From the IMG/VR virus record IMGVR_UViG_3300042509_002208, positions 1-64,000 of that record: a DNA stretch of 64,000 bases. One strand, given 5' to 3'. The DNA is from a virus. The notes below the pieces were generated by a model. The model had not been told where the DNA came from. It searched no databases and saw nothing but the letters and a program-made list of their open reading frames with translations. Position numbers and translations under genes: made by a program. Positions 62,933 through 64,000 of this stretch are shown in pieces; the first letter of the stretch is position 1, and every line of letters begins with the position of its first letter.

Positions 62933-63442
62933 ATGACTGCTACCATCCAACGCCGTTCCAACCGGCCCCTGACTAAATATGCCTGCGATTTCCTGGATGA
63001 TTTCCTGAAGGGTAAATTAGAGTCATTCCAAGACTTCAACGAAAATACTGCAGTCAAATGCAGTATCACGAAGTCGTCTGCTGGTGAGGTTGCCTCTTTC
63101 AGTGTCTTCCTGTATCACGCCGAGGTTCTCCAGGTGATCATGGTCAATGAAGACGCTGCTTCGGTCAAGGTCAGCATTGGTGACCACTTCACTGATGAGG
63201 GCTATCCGAAAAAGACAACCATCGAACGCCTCAATGGCCTGCTCGATGAGCTTGGCTGCCATGGGATCATCCCTGAAGGCGTTCGGATCTTCAAGGACAG
63301 GATCGAGAACTTGTTTTACCTAGGCAAAGGTGACAACAAGGTTGCGGTTGGCAAAGGTCTTGCTACCAGGGTAATGTTGGCTCCAGACTCCGAAGAATTT
63401 ATCATACAAGCAACTGACTTGAATTTTGGCAATGGAAGGTAA
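62933..63442 (+). CDS. hypothetical early protein
   Basis: KTTIERLNGLL motif; first gene after the early promoter. Confidence 0.7.
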   Translation: MTATIQRRSNRPLTKYACDFLDDFLKGKLESFQDFNENTAVKCSITKSSAGEVASFSVFLYHAEVLQVIMVNEDAASVKVSIGDHFTDEGYPKKTTIERLNGLLDELGCHGIIPEGVRIFKDRIENLFYLGKGDNKVAVGKGLATRVMLAPDSEEFIIQATDLNFGNGR

Positions 63443-63671
63443 TCCTAGGGAATATCCAATCTGGATCTGTCATGACTGCGGCCTAAGGTATTGCAAGGGC
63501 ATTACCGAAAGGCATTATGCCACGTACCATACTGGCACATGTCAATGCTGTATGACTTCTGGGGTACCGGTGACAGAACCAAGGGATTACGGGCACTTCG
63601 TAGAATGGCCTGTAAGAACTGGCTCCGCAAATGTCAAATCGTTCGCGAATCAAGACTTGGGGGAAATTTAA
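63426..63671 (+). CDS. small Cys-rich protein
   Basis: CHDCG...TYHTGTCQCC...TEPRDYG. Confidence 0.65.
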   Translation: MAMEGNPREYPIWICHDCGLRYCKGITERHYATYHTGTCQCCMTSGVPVTEPRDYGHFVEWPVRTGSANVKSFANQDLGEI

Positions 63672-63852
63672 AAACAGGGCTATCTTTGACTTTCTGTTCA
63701 TAGAGCAAGAACCGATTGTTCCTTTAGATCCCCAAGTCACATTTAGTCTTGGACGTTATTACGGCATTGGATTCAGCTTCCTTTGCCGTAATTTTTTGAT
63801 TGAATTTAATTTGCTGCCTTTGCTGGAGTACACCAACGATGGATTCTTTTAA
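63631..63852 (+). CDS. hypothetical protein
   Basis: 73-aa ORF. Confidence 0.5.
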   Translation: MSNRSRIKTWGKFKNRAIFDFLFIEQEPIVPLDPQVTFSLGRYYGIGFSFLCRNFLIEFNLLPLLEYTNDGFF

Positions 63853-63853
63853 G

Positions 63854-64000
63854 ATGTCAACAATAAGGACACTTCCGGACTCTCTCCATTTGTACGAAGT
63901 CTTTTACCAGGACGGAACTTCGCGATTCCTGTATGGCAATGGCGGAGCGCATGCTTGGGCTCAATCAAGAGAAATTTGGCCGGCTCAGCAAATACAGGAG
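63854..64000 (+). CDS. hypothetical protein, runs off the window
   Basis: MSTIRTLPDSLHLYEVFYQDG... open to the end. Confidence 0.5.
   Translation, partial: MSTIRTLPDSLHLYEVFYQDGTSRFLYGNGGAHAWAQSREIWPAQQIQE

Noticed and set aside
1-64000. Alternative genetic code or Z-base (purZ) genome
   Set aside because: Long genes read through under the standard code and use all three stops; no purZ or DNA polymerase recognised in this window.

Overview
The window is most of a long-tailed (sipho-like) dsDNA phage genome, most likely a cyanophage of a Synechococcus/Cyanobium-type host. The host call is inferred from the two phage sigma factors, class II RNR, ThyX and a peptide resembling the cyanobacterial DnaX C-terminus. 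Layout: 1-2.6 kb is a leftward array of small cassette-like genes with a degenerate tRNA-like element. 2.7-41.8 kb is a rightward late region (neck and tail genes, tape measure, tail tip, scaffold plus major capsid, a long chain of fibre genes, 2OG-Fe(II) oxygenase, lysis). 41.9-45.1 kb holds a leftward initiator and DnaB-like helicase, next to an iteron-containing origin candidate at about 45.2 kb. 45.4-64 kb is a rightward recombination, replication and nucleotide-metabolism region with TerS, TerL and portal scattered through it. No integrase, DNA polymerase, CRISPR or photosynthesis gene is visible. The strongest non-obvious signals: (1) a start-less 63-codon -1 frame at the end of the Sak3-like annealase, entered at a C CCA AAG slippery site and ending in a DnaX(tau)-like motif; (2) five hairpins with a GWGAY pentaloop, found only at the portal, scaffold and capsid translation-start regions; (3) a GGNANNCTA promoter-like motif in nearly every late-region intergenic gap; (4) an apparent AUA start behind a structured leader for the major tail protein; (5) five phased 15-bp iterons. 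All family assignments come from motif recognition by eye, not database searches.
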